A stretch of DNA of 64,000 nt from a virus, in IMG/VR virus record IMGVR_UViG_3300025133_000036, positions 32,001-96,000 of that record; one strand, given 5' to 3'. A model generated the notes under the pieces. It was given only the letters and a program-made list of their open reading frames with translations, did no database searches and was not told where the DNA came from. Of this stretch, positions 32,349 to 41,347 are shown in pieces. Both the position numbers and the translations under genes were made by a program. The number at the start of each line of letters is the position of its first letter. The stretch's first letter is position 1.

Positions 32349-34210
32349 TGAAGATTGACATTATAACACGCTGTACACGACTAGACAATCTAGCAAAAAT
32401 ACAGCAAAGCATATACGATAATAAATTCGGCCATAATATTTCCTGGCATATTTTATTTGATACTTCAGTGATACGAGACATACCGGCAGAACTTATTGAA
32501 AATTTATCATTAGACTCTCGAACGACTCTTCATTACATTAAAGGTCAGAAAGGTGATTTACTTTATCCTCAGTCAATGCCTGTTGTTAAACAATTCTCTA
32601 CTGGATGGGTCTATTATCTTGATGATGATAACATGTTACATCCTAATTATTATGAAGAAATGTACGCGCATGAACACACAAAAGTTAAACATCCAGATAA
32701 AATAATTATTGGAAATCAATTTGTCAATTTCAAAGACTTTACTGGTCAAGAGTATCGACAGGCATCCCCGGACAATACTAAATATCAACATGTTGATTTA
32801 GCACAAATAACATGGCATTCTTCAATATTTAAGGTTTATAATTTTATAGGTGACTATGCAGCGGATGGAAAATTAGTTGAAAAAATACATATCGATCATC
32901 CAGATTGGTTCACTTTTATTGATAGAGAATTATGTTATTATAACTACTTGGTTAATTCACCAAATAAGTTTGTTCCAAAAGTTATGTATATTGGCCCAGG
33001 TAAACCAATGTTAAAGTCAGATCAACCAGTAGACTGGGAAGATAGCGATTTAAATGTTTTACATTTAAAGAATGATAATAACATATCTGAACATCTCTAT
33101 TCATTTAACCCGGATGCTATAATAACTTTAACGGATGATCCTTTAAAAGTTCCTGAATTATATAATCAAGGACTTGAAGTTAGAAATAAATGGTTTACCG
33201 CATCTGATATCGACAGCAAAGAAAGTCTTAAAAAGGCCGGCGATGCTGCATATCGGGTTGCAATGTACAACATACTAGTAAATGATGTACAGAAAGACAT
33301 GGTTTCTTGGTTTACGCCAATATACAATACAGGCGAAAGACTTAGACACACCTATCAGTCTTTACAGAATCAGACAAATCCATATTGGGAATGGGTACTC
33401 GTAAATGATTCAACGGATGGTAATGTAACTATCTCTATTGCTGAAGAAATTGCAAAAATGGATCCACGAGTAAAGTTATATGATTTTGTTAATAAGAGCG
33501 GCGGAATAGTTGGAGAAGCGAAATACAGAGCAGCAGTACTATGCAAGGGAGAATTATTAGCGGAATTAGACCATGACGATTATTTAACACCAGAGGCTAC
33601 ACAAATGTTATATGATGCGATGGAAGCTTATCCTGACGCTGGATTTTATTATACTGACAGTGTTGAAGTTGATGAAGATTGGGTGTCATTAGAATACGGT
33701 GAAGGCTTTGCATGTGGATACGGTCAATATAGAGACGAAACTGTAATGGGAAGAAAGTTTAGTGTTCAAATTACACCAAACTTAAACCCAAAAACGATAA
33801 GACACATTGTAGGTGTGCCAAACCATATAAGATCTTGGAGAAGAGATTTATATTTTCAAATAGGTGGTCACAATAGAGGATTATCAATAGCGGACGATTA
33901 TGAACTTCTCGTTAGAACTTTTTTATCAACTAAAATGTGCTTAATACCTAGACTCGCTTACATTCAATTCATATATAATGATGGCTTGAATACAAATACA
34001 CATAGCACGTCAAGACGTGACATACAACGAAGAGTTAGAACTATACAAGAGCATTATAATGAAGATATTGCAAAAAGATTTGAAGATTTTGGATTAAAAG
34101 ACTGGGCGTATGAAGAAAACCCTAGTTATCCCGGGAACGTAGAATCTAAGTACGGCGATGAAGAAAATTATGTTAACTATATCCATGGAGAAGCAATATG
34201 GTCACAATAG
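32348..34210 (+). CDS. Tandem two-domain glycosyltransferase (GT2-like)
   Basis: Domain 1 has YYLDDDN. Domain 2 has FTPIYNT, WEWVLVNDSTD, AELDHDD and ADDYELLVR. Confidence 0.85.
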   Translation: MKIDIITRCTRLDNLAKIQQSIYDNKFGHNISWHILFDTSVIRDIPAELIENLSLDSRTTLHYIKGQKGDLLYPQSMPVVKQFSTGWVYYLDDDNMLHPNYYEEMYAHEHTKVKHPDKIIIGNQFVNFKDFTGQEYRQASPDNTKYQHVDLAQITWHSSIFKVYNFIGDYAADGKLVEKIHIDHPDWFTFIDRELCYYNYLVNSPNKFVPKVMYIGPGKPMLKSDQPVDWEDSDLNVLHLKNDNNISEHLYSFNPDAIITLTDDPLKVPELYNQGLEVRNKWFTASDIDSKESLKKAGDAAYRVAMYNILVNDVQKDMVSWFTPIYNTGERLRHTYQSLQNQTNPYWEWVLVNDSTDGNVTISIAEEIAKMDPRVKLYDFVNKSGGIVGEAKYRAAVLCKGELLAELDHDDYLTPEATQMLYDAMEAYPDAGFYYTDSVEVDEDWVSLEYGEGFACGYGQYRDETVMGRKFSVQITPNLNPKTIRHIVGVPNHIRSWRRDLYFQIGGHNRGLSIADDYELLVRTFLSTKMCLIPRLAYIQFIYNDGLNTNTHSTSRRDIQRRVRTIQEHYNEDIAKRFEDFGLKDWAYEENPSYPGNVESKYGDEENYVNYIHGEAIWSQ

Positions 34211-35016
34211 TTATACCTACACTTTGGAAAGCTCCGGACTCATTACGTCACACGTTAAAATCGTATGAAGATAATGCACATGACTATCCAGATACTGAAT
34301 TTATTTTAATAGATAATTCAAATTCCGATTATACATCTGATATTATAAACGTAATTAAGCCCCGTAAAAATCTAGGTGTTAATCCAGCATGGAATATTGG
34401 TGTTGATATAGCAGCCAATGAACATGTGATAATAATGAATGATGATGTTACTATTAATTTTAAACCATTATTTAAATGCCTTAGTGCACTTGATCTTAAC
34501 AACCTAAAGTATTCAACAATTACCGTGGATCCACGTCATATTTGTCAATCTGAAACGATTACGAATAATGATGATGATGAAATTAAAATAGTTAGAAACT
34601 TTCATGGTCGATATTTTGGTTTTGGTTGTTTTTTTATGATAAGAAAATCTACCCATCACTCTATCCCGCGAAAGTGGTCTATTTTCCATGGAGACGACTT
34701 TATTTACTATGTACAAGAACATCAACTCCAGCAAAAAGCTTACATGTTCAAAAATTTATTTCTCCCGGGTAGATTTTCAGTAACTTCTGATGAATGTCCA
34801 CCAGGTCAACTTGACGCAGAACACGCATCTTGGACTGAAACGATAGAAGCTATTGATGTGTATTATCGACGACTTGGATCACCATTTCATACAGGTGATT
34901 TGATAGACGATAAAGTTTGTGGATGTACTATTTGTAATTGCGACGCAAACCCAGGTAATGTTGCCCATTGTATAGAATCTAGGCACGAATGTTGTAATCA
35001 TGAAATCGAAATTTAA
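34198..35016 (+). CDS. Glycosyltransferase (GT2-like) with Cys-rich C-terminal tail
   Basis: TIVIPTLW, LIDNS, NLGVNPAWN, IMNDDV, FGCFF and HGDDF; tail CGCTICNC...C...CC. Confidence 0.8.
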   Translation: MVTIVIPTLWKAPDSLRHTLKSYEDNAHDYPDTEFILIDNSNSDYTSDIINVIKPRKNLGVNPAWNIGVDIAANEHVIIMNDDVTINFKPLFKCLSALDLNNLKYSTITVDPRHICQSETITNNDDDEIKIVRNFHGRYFGFGCFFMIRKSTHHSIPRKWSIFHGDDFIYYVQEHQLQQKAYMFKNLFLPGRFSVTSDECPPGQLDAEHASWTETIEAIDVYYRRLGSPFHTGDLIDDKVCGCTICNCDANPGNVAHCIESRHECCNHEIEI

Positions 35017-35620
35017 AAATATTTTTTCCCCGTTCATATGGACTACTTCCATACAAGAACATAATAAATTAAAATCCTATATGCTGCCGCAAATTGAACA
35101 GGGCCGCGCGCAAGGCGATAACAGTCCTGATTGGTATGTTGATACTTCATATGATATGGATCATACAATTGACTGGTGGCCGTGTATAGAAGTTTATAAG
35201 AAATATGTTAATGAGTTCCATAATGAATATTTCGGTCAGTATCCAAATTGGCAAATTTCTGGTGAACCATGGTACACTGCGTATGGAAAAAATCAATCTG
35301 CTCAAGTACATGATCATATACCAGATCATTTTTCTGTTTTACATCTACTTAAATATGATAAAGAAGTACATAAACCAACAACCTTTATAAACCCTCTTCA
35401 GTCACTTGGAAGAGCTTTATATACGCAAGGACCAATTGCCGATCTTTTAAGAAGTAGTCAAGATTTCAGAGGCAATGGAACACTTTTTAATAATTGGTTT
35501 TTTTCTGAAGCAAAAGAAGGTGATATCGTTATTTGGCCGAGTGTATTAGAACACTTTGTTCAAAAAAATGAAGTTGACGATTTACGAGCAACTATAGCAT
35601 TTAATTATTTAATAGAATAA
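35000..35620 (+). CDS. Putative 2OG-Fe(II) oxygenase
   Basis: W...Y...Q.HDH, FSVLHLL, EGDIVIWPSVLEHFV and RATIAFN. Confidence 0.75.
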   Translation: MKSKFKNIFSPFIWTTSIQEHNKLKSYMLPQIEQGRAQGDNSPDWYVDTSYDMDHTIDWWPCIEVYKKYVNEFHNEYFGQYPNWQISGEPWYTAYGKNQSAQVHDHIPDHFSVLHLLKYDKEVHKPTTFINPLQSLGRALYTQGPIADLLRSSQDFRGNGTLFNNWFFSEAKEGDIVIWPSVLEHFVQKNEVDDLRATIAFNYLIE

Positions 35621-35629
35621 AGGATAAGC

Positions 35630-36526
35630 ATGAAAAACATATTAGTTACAGGCGGTGCAGGATTTGTCGGTACAAATTTGATAAAAAAATTAGTAAACCA
35701 AGGACACAGAGTTTTATCAATTGATAATTATTCAACGGGTACTCGAGAAAATGAAATAGACGGGTGTAAGTATTGGGATTTCGATTTATCAGATGATACT
35801 CCTTTTGACGAAATTTTACTTACCATGCAAATTAAAAAAATAGATTGTATATACCACTTGGCAGCATTAGCGAGAATTCAACCGTCGTTAGTACATCCAG
35901 ATCGGACAATAAAGAACAATTTTATTTCAACTCTTAATATTCTTGAATATGCCCGATTAAACAATGTTCAAGTTATTTATTCAGGATCTAGCTCATACCA
36001 TCACGGATTATATGGTAGCCCATATTCATGGTCAAAATGGACTGGTGAAGAATTATGCAAGCTTTATTCACGAGTTTATGATATTAACACGAGCATATGT
36101 AGATTTTACAATGTATATGGACCCCACCAAATATTAACAGGTGATTATGCAGCAGTTGTTGGTATATTTCAACATCAATTTTTAAATAATCAACTTTTGA
36201 CTATTACTGGGAATGGTGAGCAACGAAGAGATTTTACACACGTATCTGATATAACAGATGCACTTATATTATTAATGACAAAAAATAACCGAGCGGATAT
36301 ATTCGAGTTAGGACGTGGAAAAAATCATTCCATCAATGAACTAGCAGATATGTTTGGTTTAGAGAAAACTTATCTTCCTCCACGAAAAGGAGAATATGAT
36401 AAAACACTATGCGACTATACAGTTGCACATGAAAGACTTGGATGGCAACCGTCTTTAGACTTAAATGACTATATAAATGAGTGGTTGCAAACAAACAACA
36501 TAAACAAGGAGAATAATCATGGCTGA
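35630..36526 (+). CDS. NAD-dependent nucleotide-sugar epimerase/dehydratase (GalE-like extended SDR)
   Basis: GGAGFVG, HLAA, YSWSK (YxxxK), RFYNVYGP and GNGEQRRDFTHVSD. Confidence 0.92.
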   Translation: MKNILVTGGAGFVGTNLIKKLVNQGHRVLSIDNYSTGTRENEIDGCKYWDFDLSDDTPFDEILLTMQIKKIDCIYHLAALARIQPSLVHPDRTIKNNFISTLNILEYARLNNVQVIYSGSSSYHHGLYGSPYSWSKWTGEELCKLYSRVYDINTSICRFYNVYGPHQILTGDYAAVVGIFQHQFLNNQLLTITGNGEQRRDFTHVSDITDALILLMTKNNRADIFELGRGKNHSINELADMFGLEKTYLPPRKGEYDKTLCDYTVAHERLGWQPSLDLNDYINEWLQTNNINKENNHG

Positions 36527-36830
36527 AATAAAATTCACCGATGAGGAAATGAAGTCGCTTAATGAGATTCAAACGCAATATAGAAATTTGCAGATGTCTA
36601 TGGGCGCATTAAAGCTTCAACAAATAGCCCACGAAAAACAACACGAGACACTTGAACAAGCCGAAACGGATATGTTATTAAAACTGTCCGAAATGCAGAA
36701 TAGTGAGGCAGACTTAGCTAAAACGTTAAACGACAAGTATGGTCAAGGGTCTTTAGATCCGGCTACAGGAGTTTTTACGCCGAATGAAGTTCAACCAGTT
36801 GCTGCAGATGATAAACCTGCAGATGATTAA
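36519..36830 (+). CDS. Small coiled-coil hypothetical protein
   Basis: 103 aa; AGGAG SD; KYGQGSLDPATGVF near the C-terminus. Confidence 0.7.
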   Translation: MAEIKFTDEEMKSLNEIQTQYRNLQMSMGALKLQQIAHEKQHETLEQAETDMLLKLSEMQNSEADLAKTLNDKYGQGSLDPATGVFTPNEVQPVAADDKPADD

Positions 36831-36929
36831 CTATCATAAACAGCATTTTGACGTTTAGGGAATATATTTATTAAAGAAATATATTGTCTGTAACGACAAT
36901 CATTAACGTTAATTAACCGGAGAAATTCA

Positions 36930-39308
36930 ATGGCCGAGAGAATCGTCTCACCAGGCGTATTTACTCGAGAAAAAGACTTGTCATTTCTACCTCAAGGAAT
37001 TGCAGCTATCGGTGCAGCAATTATAGGACCAACCAAAAAAGGTCCTGCATTTGTACCGACAGTTATTCGTAATTTTACTGATTTTAAAGAAATGTTTGGA
37101 GGTCTATCTCAAGATTTATACGTTCCGTTTACCGTAAGAGAGTACTTGCGCAGTGCTGGTACGGTAACAATAGTACGTGTTCTTGGATTAGGTGGATATA
37201 GCGTAGGACAAATTGCAATTGGAGCTCATGCTTCAGGATCTTCAGGATCTGCCAATTATAAAACCTATGCCGTGTTAGCACCAAATGCAACGGACGCAAC
37301 TGCAACTTTTGCAGGAACAACTGTATCAGGTACAGTTGGGGGCTTTGAAGTAGTAAGTGGATCTTATGTCACTTCAGCCTCATTAACTACAACCAATGCA
37401 AAGTGGGTTGAAAATGTATTTAGTAAAAGTCCATTATCAACAAAAGCTGCTGGCGCTACGGCACCATGGTATCTTTATAAAGTATATAAGGCAGCCGCAT
37501 TAAGTAACTTAACTAGTGCTTCTGCAACCGTAGATACAGAAATAGGAACAATTTCACTAGCCCAAGATTATCAAAACGCATCAACACCAATGATTACTTC
37601 ACAAAAAATTGATGGTGCAACTGATGACCTTTTTAAAGTAAAATTAAGGTCACATGGTGAAACTGATACTCAAACAAGCTATAAAGTAGGTATCCTCAAT
37701 GTAAAAAAAGCCGGCACAGTAGCTGGTTCTGATTATGGTACCTTTTCTGTTCAAGTACGCTCAATTGATACGCAAACGTGGAAAGAATCTGATGATACAA
37801 TTGTTGAACAGTTTGACAATTTAAGTATGGATCCAACAGCCGCTAATTATTTTGCTCGTAAGATCGGTGATAGATATGTAACAATAGACACAAATGGTAA
37901 ACTCACCTACAATGGTGATTGGCCAAACATGTCTAAATATATTTACATTTCTGATGCTACTGATATACAAGCAGGTAATAAGCCTAAGTCGTATGTACCA
38001 TTTGGTCATGCTGCTGTAATTCAATCACATGTTTCGTCATCAAAAGCAAACTCAAGTTCAGAAGTAGCCGTATCGTTTACAACTGGACAGGTAAACTCTA
38101 CAACGTCCGCATTTGACACGACCGTTTTCCATGGCTTTAATTATTCAAGTCAAGATAACAGACAATTTCTTGGACCTGTAGACACTGCAGCTAAGGCATA
38201 TGCAAATGTGACATTCAGCTTGAATGACATGACTGGTCATACCGATGCTACAGCAGCAGATTTTGCTGGATCTTCAACGTTTGTAACAAGTGCTTCAAAT
38301 ATAGCACTTGGATCTTCAAATGTTGCGCAGCATAAGTTTGTTATCCCTTTCCAAGGTGGATTTGATGGAGCTAATCCAGCGAAAGAAAAGAAAACAGCGG
38401 GTAATATCACTGCAACCAATCAGCAAGGCTTTGACTGTTCAACTGCAACTGCAAGTGGATCAGTAGCTTATAAGCGTGCTATGGATGCAGTAAGTAATCA
38501 GGACGAGTTTGACATCAATATGCTTGTCACACCAGGCTTGATTTACACATTACATCCAAACCCAATCAATCATGGAATATCAGTTGTCGAAGCTAGAGGC
38601 GATAGCTTTTATGTATTCGATGCATCTACTTGGTCAGCGAACATATCAGCTACTACTAATGCTGTATCAACGCTAGATACCAATTATGCAGCAACATATT
38701 ATCCATGGGTGAAAGTACTTGATGATAGTATTAATTTGCCAACTTGGGTACCACCTTCAGTAGTATTACCAGGAGTATATTCTCAGAACGACAGAGTCGC
38801 TCATGAATGGTTTGCTCCTGCCGGTTTGAATAGAGGTGGATTGAGCAACGTAATTGAAGCAAAAACAAGATTAACTCACGCCGAGCGTGATCTTCTATAT
38901 GAAGATAGAATTAATCCTATTGCTTCATTTCCAGGTCAAGGTGTTGTAGTTTTCGGACAGAAAACCTTACAAGCTAAACCTTCTGCTCTTGATAGAATCA
39001 ATGTAAGAAGACTATTAATCAGATTGAAGAAATTTATTGCTTCTTCAAGCAGATATTTAGTATTTGAACAGAATACTGTTGCTACACGTAACAGGTTCTT
39101 AAACATTGTTAATCCTTACTTAGAATCAGTACAGTCCAATTCTGGTCTGTCTGCATTTAGAGTTGTTATGGATGATTCTAATAATACGCCTGACGTAATA
39201 GATCGAAACCAATTAGTTGGTCAGATCTTTGTTCAGCCGACACGTACTGCAGAGTTCATTGTATTAGACTTCGTTGTACAACCTACTGGAGCAAGCTTCC
39301 CAGCTTAA
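36930..39308 (+). CDS. Contractile tail sheath protein (gp18-like)
   Basis: SPGVFTREKD, AIIGPTKKGP, YYPWV, WFAPAGLNRG, RINVRRLL and PTRTAEFIVLDF. Confidence 0.95.
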   Translation: MAERIVSPGVFTREKDLSFLPQGIAAIGAAIIGPTKKGPAFVPTVIRNFTDFKEMFGGLSQDLYVPFTVREYLRSAGTVTIVRVLGLGGYSVGQIAIGAHASGSSGSANYKTYAVLAPNATDATATFAGTTVSGTVGGFEVVSGSYVTSASLTTTNAKWVENVFSKSPLSTKAAGATAPWYLYKVYKAAALSNLTSASATVDTEIGTISLAQDYQNASTPMITSQKIDGATDDLFKVKLRSHGETDTQTSYKVGILNVKKAGTVAGSDYGTFSVQVRSIDTQTWKESDDTIVEQFDNLSMDPTAANYFARKIGDRYVTIDTNGKLTYNGDWPNMSKYIYISDATDIQAGNKPKSYVPFGHAAVIQSHVSSSKANSSSEVAVSFTTGQVNSTTSAFDTTVFHGFNYSSQDNRQFLGPVDTAAKAYANVTFSLNDMTGHTDATAADFAGSSTFVTSASNIALGSSNVAQHKFVIPFQGGFDGANPAKEKKTAGNITATNQQGFDCSTATASGSVAYKRAMDAVSNQDEFDINMLVTPGLIYTLHPNPINHGISVVEARGDSFYVFDASTWSANISATTNAVSTLDTNYAATYYPWVKVLDDSINLPTWVPPSVVLPGVYSQNDRVAHEWFAPAGLNRGGLSNVIEAKTRLTHAERDLLYEDRINPIASFPGQGVVVFGQKTLQAKPSALDRINVRRLLIRLKKFIASSSRYLVFEQNTVATRNRFLNIVNPYLESVQSNSGLSAFRVVMDDSNNTPDVIDRNQLVGQIFVQPTRTAEFIVLDFVVQPTGASFPA

Positions 39309-39327
39309 CCCAACTAGGTACACATAT

Positions 39328-39362
39328 AAAAAAGCCCGGACTTAATTGATCTGGGCTTTTTT
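39328..39362 (+). terminator. Rho-independent terminator after the sheath gene
   Basis: AAAAAAGCCCGGA...TCTGGGCTTTTTT. Confidence 0.85.
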
Positions 39363-39428
39363 ATGTCTCGTTTTTTCTCCGGTTCCTAATATTTATAATC
39401 AAATAATATACTTTAATGGAGAATTAGA

Positions 39429-39917
39429 ATGCCACAATTAATTGATCCGAACGATATAATGTTCACACAATTTGAACCGAAAACTCAAAATCGGTTTATC
39501 ATGTATATAGAGGGAATTCCTGCTTATACAATTAAAGCTGCTGCACGACCAACAATCACATTTGAATCAGTTACACTGGACCATATCAATACAAAACGAT
39601 ATGTTAAAGGTAAAGGCGAATGGCAAACTTTAGATATTACACTTTATGACCCTGTTGTACCATCTGCTGCACAGGCATGTATGGAATGGGTAAGATTATC
39701 CCATGAATCTGTAACAGGTCGCGATGGCTACTCAGATTTTTATAAGAAAAATGTTACTTTCAACGTTCTCGGACCAGTCGGAGATATTGTTGAAGAATGG
39801 CAGTTAGTTGGAACTTATATAGAGTCTGCTAACTTTGGTGAAATGGATTGGAGCACAACTGATCCAGTTAATATTACATTAACACTTCGCTACGATTACG
39901 CTATATTACAATTCTAA
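39429..39917 (+). CDS. Tail tube protein (gp19-like)
   Basis: FEPKTQNRF, WQTLDITLYD, EEWQLVG and ITLTLRYDY; follows the sheath gene. Confidence 0.9.
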   Translation: MPQLIDPNDIMFTQFEPKTQNRFIMYIEGIPAYTIKAAARPTITFESVTLDHINTKRYVKGKGEWQTLDITLYDPVVPSAAQACMEWVRLSHESVTGRDGYSDFYKKNVTFNVLGPVGDIVEEWQLVGTYIESANFGEMDWSTTDPVNITLTLRYDYAILQF

Positions 39918-40035
39918 TAATCGTATAATCACATATCAATTAAGAATGAAGTTGTGGCATTCTTTATTCGTTAATTGTACCAAAATTGTTATTGTTAGAT
40001 GTATATATATTAAAGGTTAACATCAAGGAGTTATA

Positions 40036-40848
40036 ATGGCAAAACAACCTATAACAAAGGGCCCTGTGTCCTCACAGGCGTCTAAGGAAATTGAGAAATC
40101 GAAATTTCCATCGGAAATCGTGGATCTCCCTAGCAAAGGTCTTCTTTATCCAAAAGGTCACCCTCTAGAACAAGGGACAATCGAGATTAAATACATGACT
40201 GCTAGGGAGGAAGATATCCTTACATCAAGTAATCTCATACAAAAAGGCCTAGTGATAGATGAACTGTTAAAATCAGTAATAACAACAAAAGTTAATTTTG
40301 ATGACTTATTGATTGGAGATAAAAACGCTGTCATGTTAGCAACTCGGATATTTGGATATGGTAAAAACTATTCAACCGATGTAACTTGTCCTCAATGTGC
40401 AAATATTGAAACAGATTGCGAATTTGATCTTACAGCACTAGAGTATAAAGAGATCAACGAAGAAGATTATCAAAATGGTAATTCTTTTACGTTTGAACTT
40501 CCTAATTCAAAACGAACCCTAGAATACAAATATCTTACACAAAAAGATGAAACAGGTATTCAGAAAGAACTTGAAAGAGTTTCTAAACATGTTGGAAAAG
40601 TTCAACCCGAAGTAACAACTCGTCTTAGATACCAAATTATTAGCGTAGATGGTGAAAAAGATCCTACTTATATTAATAATTTTATTCAAAATGAGTTATT
40701 CGCAATGGATTCTAGAGAATTTAGAGAACATTATATCGAGTATCAGCCGGATGTTGAATTCGATACTGGTTATGCGTGTCCTTCATGTGGTGCAGAAGTT
40801 ACTGTTGATTTACCGATCTCAGTAAATTTCTTTTGGCCCTCCCGGTAA
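40036..40848 (+). CDS. Baseplate hub/tail assembly chaperone (T4 gp26-like)
   Basis: LPSKG.LY, MTAREEDIL, two CxxC pairs (CPQC, CPSC); ends NFFWP. Confidence 0.8.
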   Translation: MAKQPITKGPVSSQASKEIEKSKFPSEIVDLPSKGLLYPKGHPLEQGTIEIKYMTAREEDILTSSNLIQKGLVIDELLKSVITTKVNFDDLLIGDKNAVMLATRIFGYGKNYSTDVTCPQCANIETDCEFDLTALEYKEINEEDYQNGNSFTFELPNSKRTLEYKYLTQKDETGIQKELERVSKHVGKVQPEVTTRLRYQIISVDGEKDPTYINNFIQNELFAMDSREFREHYIEYQPDVEFDTGYACPSCGAEVTVDLPISVNFFWPSR

Positions 40849-41027
40849 CCCCGGAATATAGACCTAAAATACATGAAATGATTTTCCAGCTAAGTTATTT
40901 TAGCGAAGGATCAATTTCATTCAGCGAAGCATACGATATGCCGCTACATCTTAGAAGGTTCTATATGGATCAACTGGTTAAACAGAAGAAAACAGAAAAT
41001 GAACGTGTCAACAAGGCATCAAAGTAG
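40833..41027 (+). CDS. gp51-like/GT-like chaperone segment, probably reached by a -1 frameshift from the upstream ORF
   Basis: HEMIFQL...SFSEAYDMPLHLRRFY. No SD-led ATG at its 5' end; slippery A-AAT-TTC at 40824-40830. Confidence 0.7.
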   Translation: MALPVTPEYRPKIHEMIFQLSYFSEGSISFSEAYDMPLHLRRFYMDQLVKQKKTENERVNKASK

Positions 41028-41090
41028 GAAATATTAACATCTTTTCATATTTATTCTTGTACTAATCCGTCTAACAAATGGGAGTTTACA

Positions 41091-41339
41091 ATGTCTAAGA
41101 AAGATAAAATTGACGAATCATTCATAAGCGATCTTGCAAAAAATGCAGCAGTGTATTTAACTGTATCCGCATTAAAGCGCAAAAAATCTAATTTAAACGA
41201 TGATCCTGTTATGAAACAAATGTTTAATGATCTATCTGATAAAATAGATAAGATCGAAAAACAAGCTTCAAAACGTATATCACAAATGAGCCCTGAGCAA
41301 CAAAAAGTAATTGCGAAGGTCTTAAAACAAGCGAAGTAA
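41091..41339 (+). CDS. Hypothetical protein
   Basis: 82 aa; GGGAG SD; downstream of an ATATTTAT motif. Confidence 0.7.
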   Translation: MSKKDKIDESFISDLAKNAAVYLTVSALKRKKSNLNDDPVMKQMFNDLSDKIDKIEKQASKRISQMSPEQQKVIAKVLKQAK

Positions 41340-41347
41340 CATAACCA

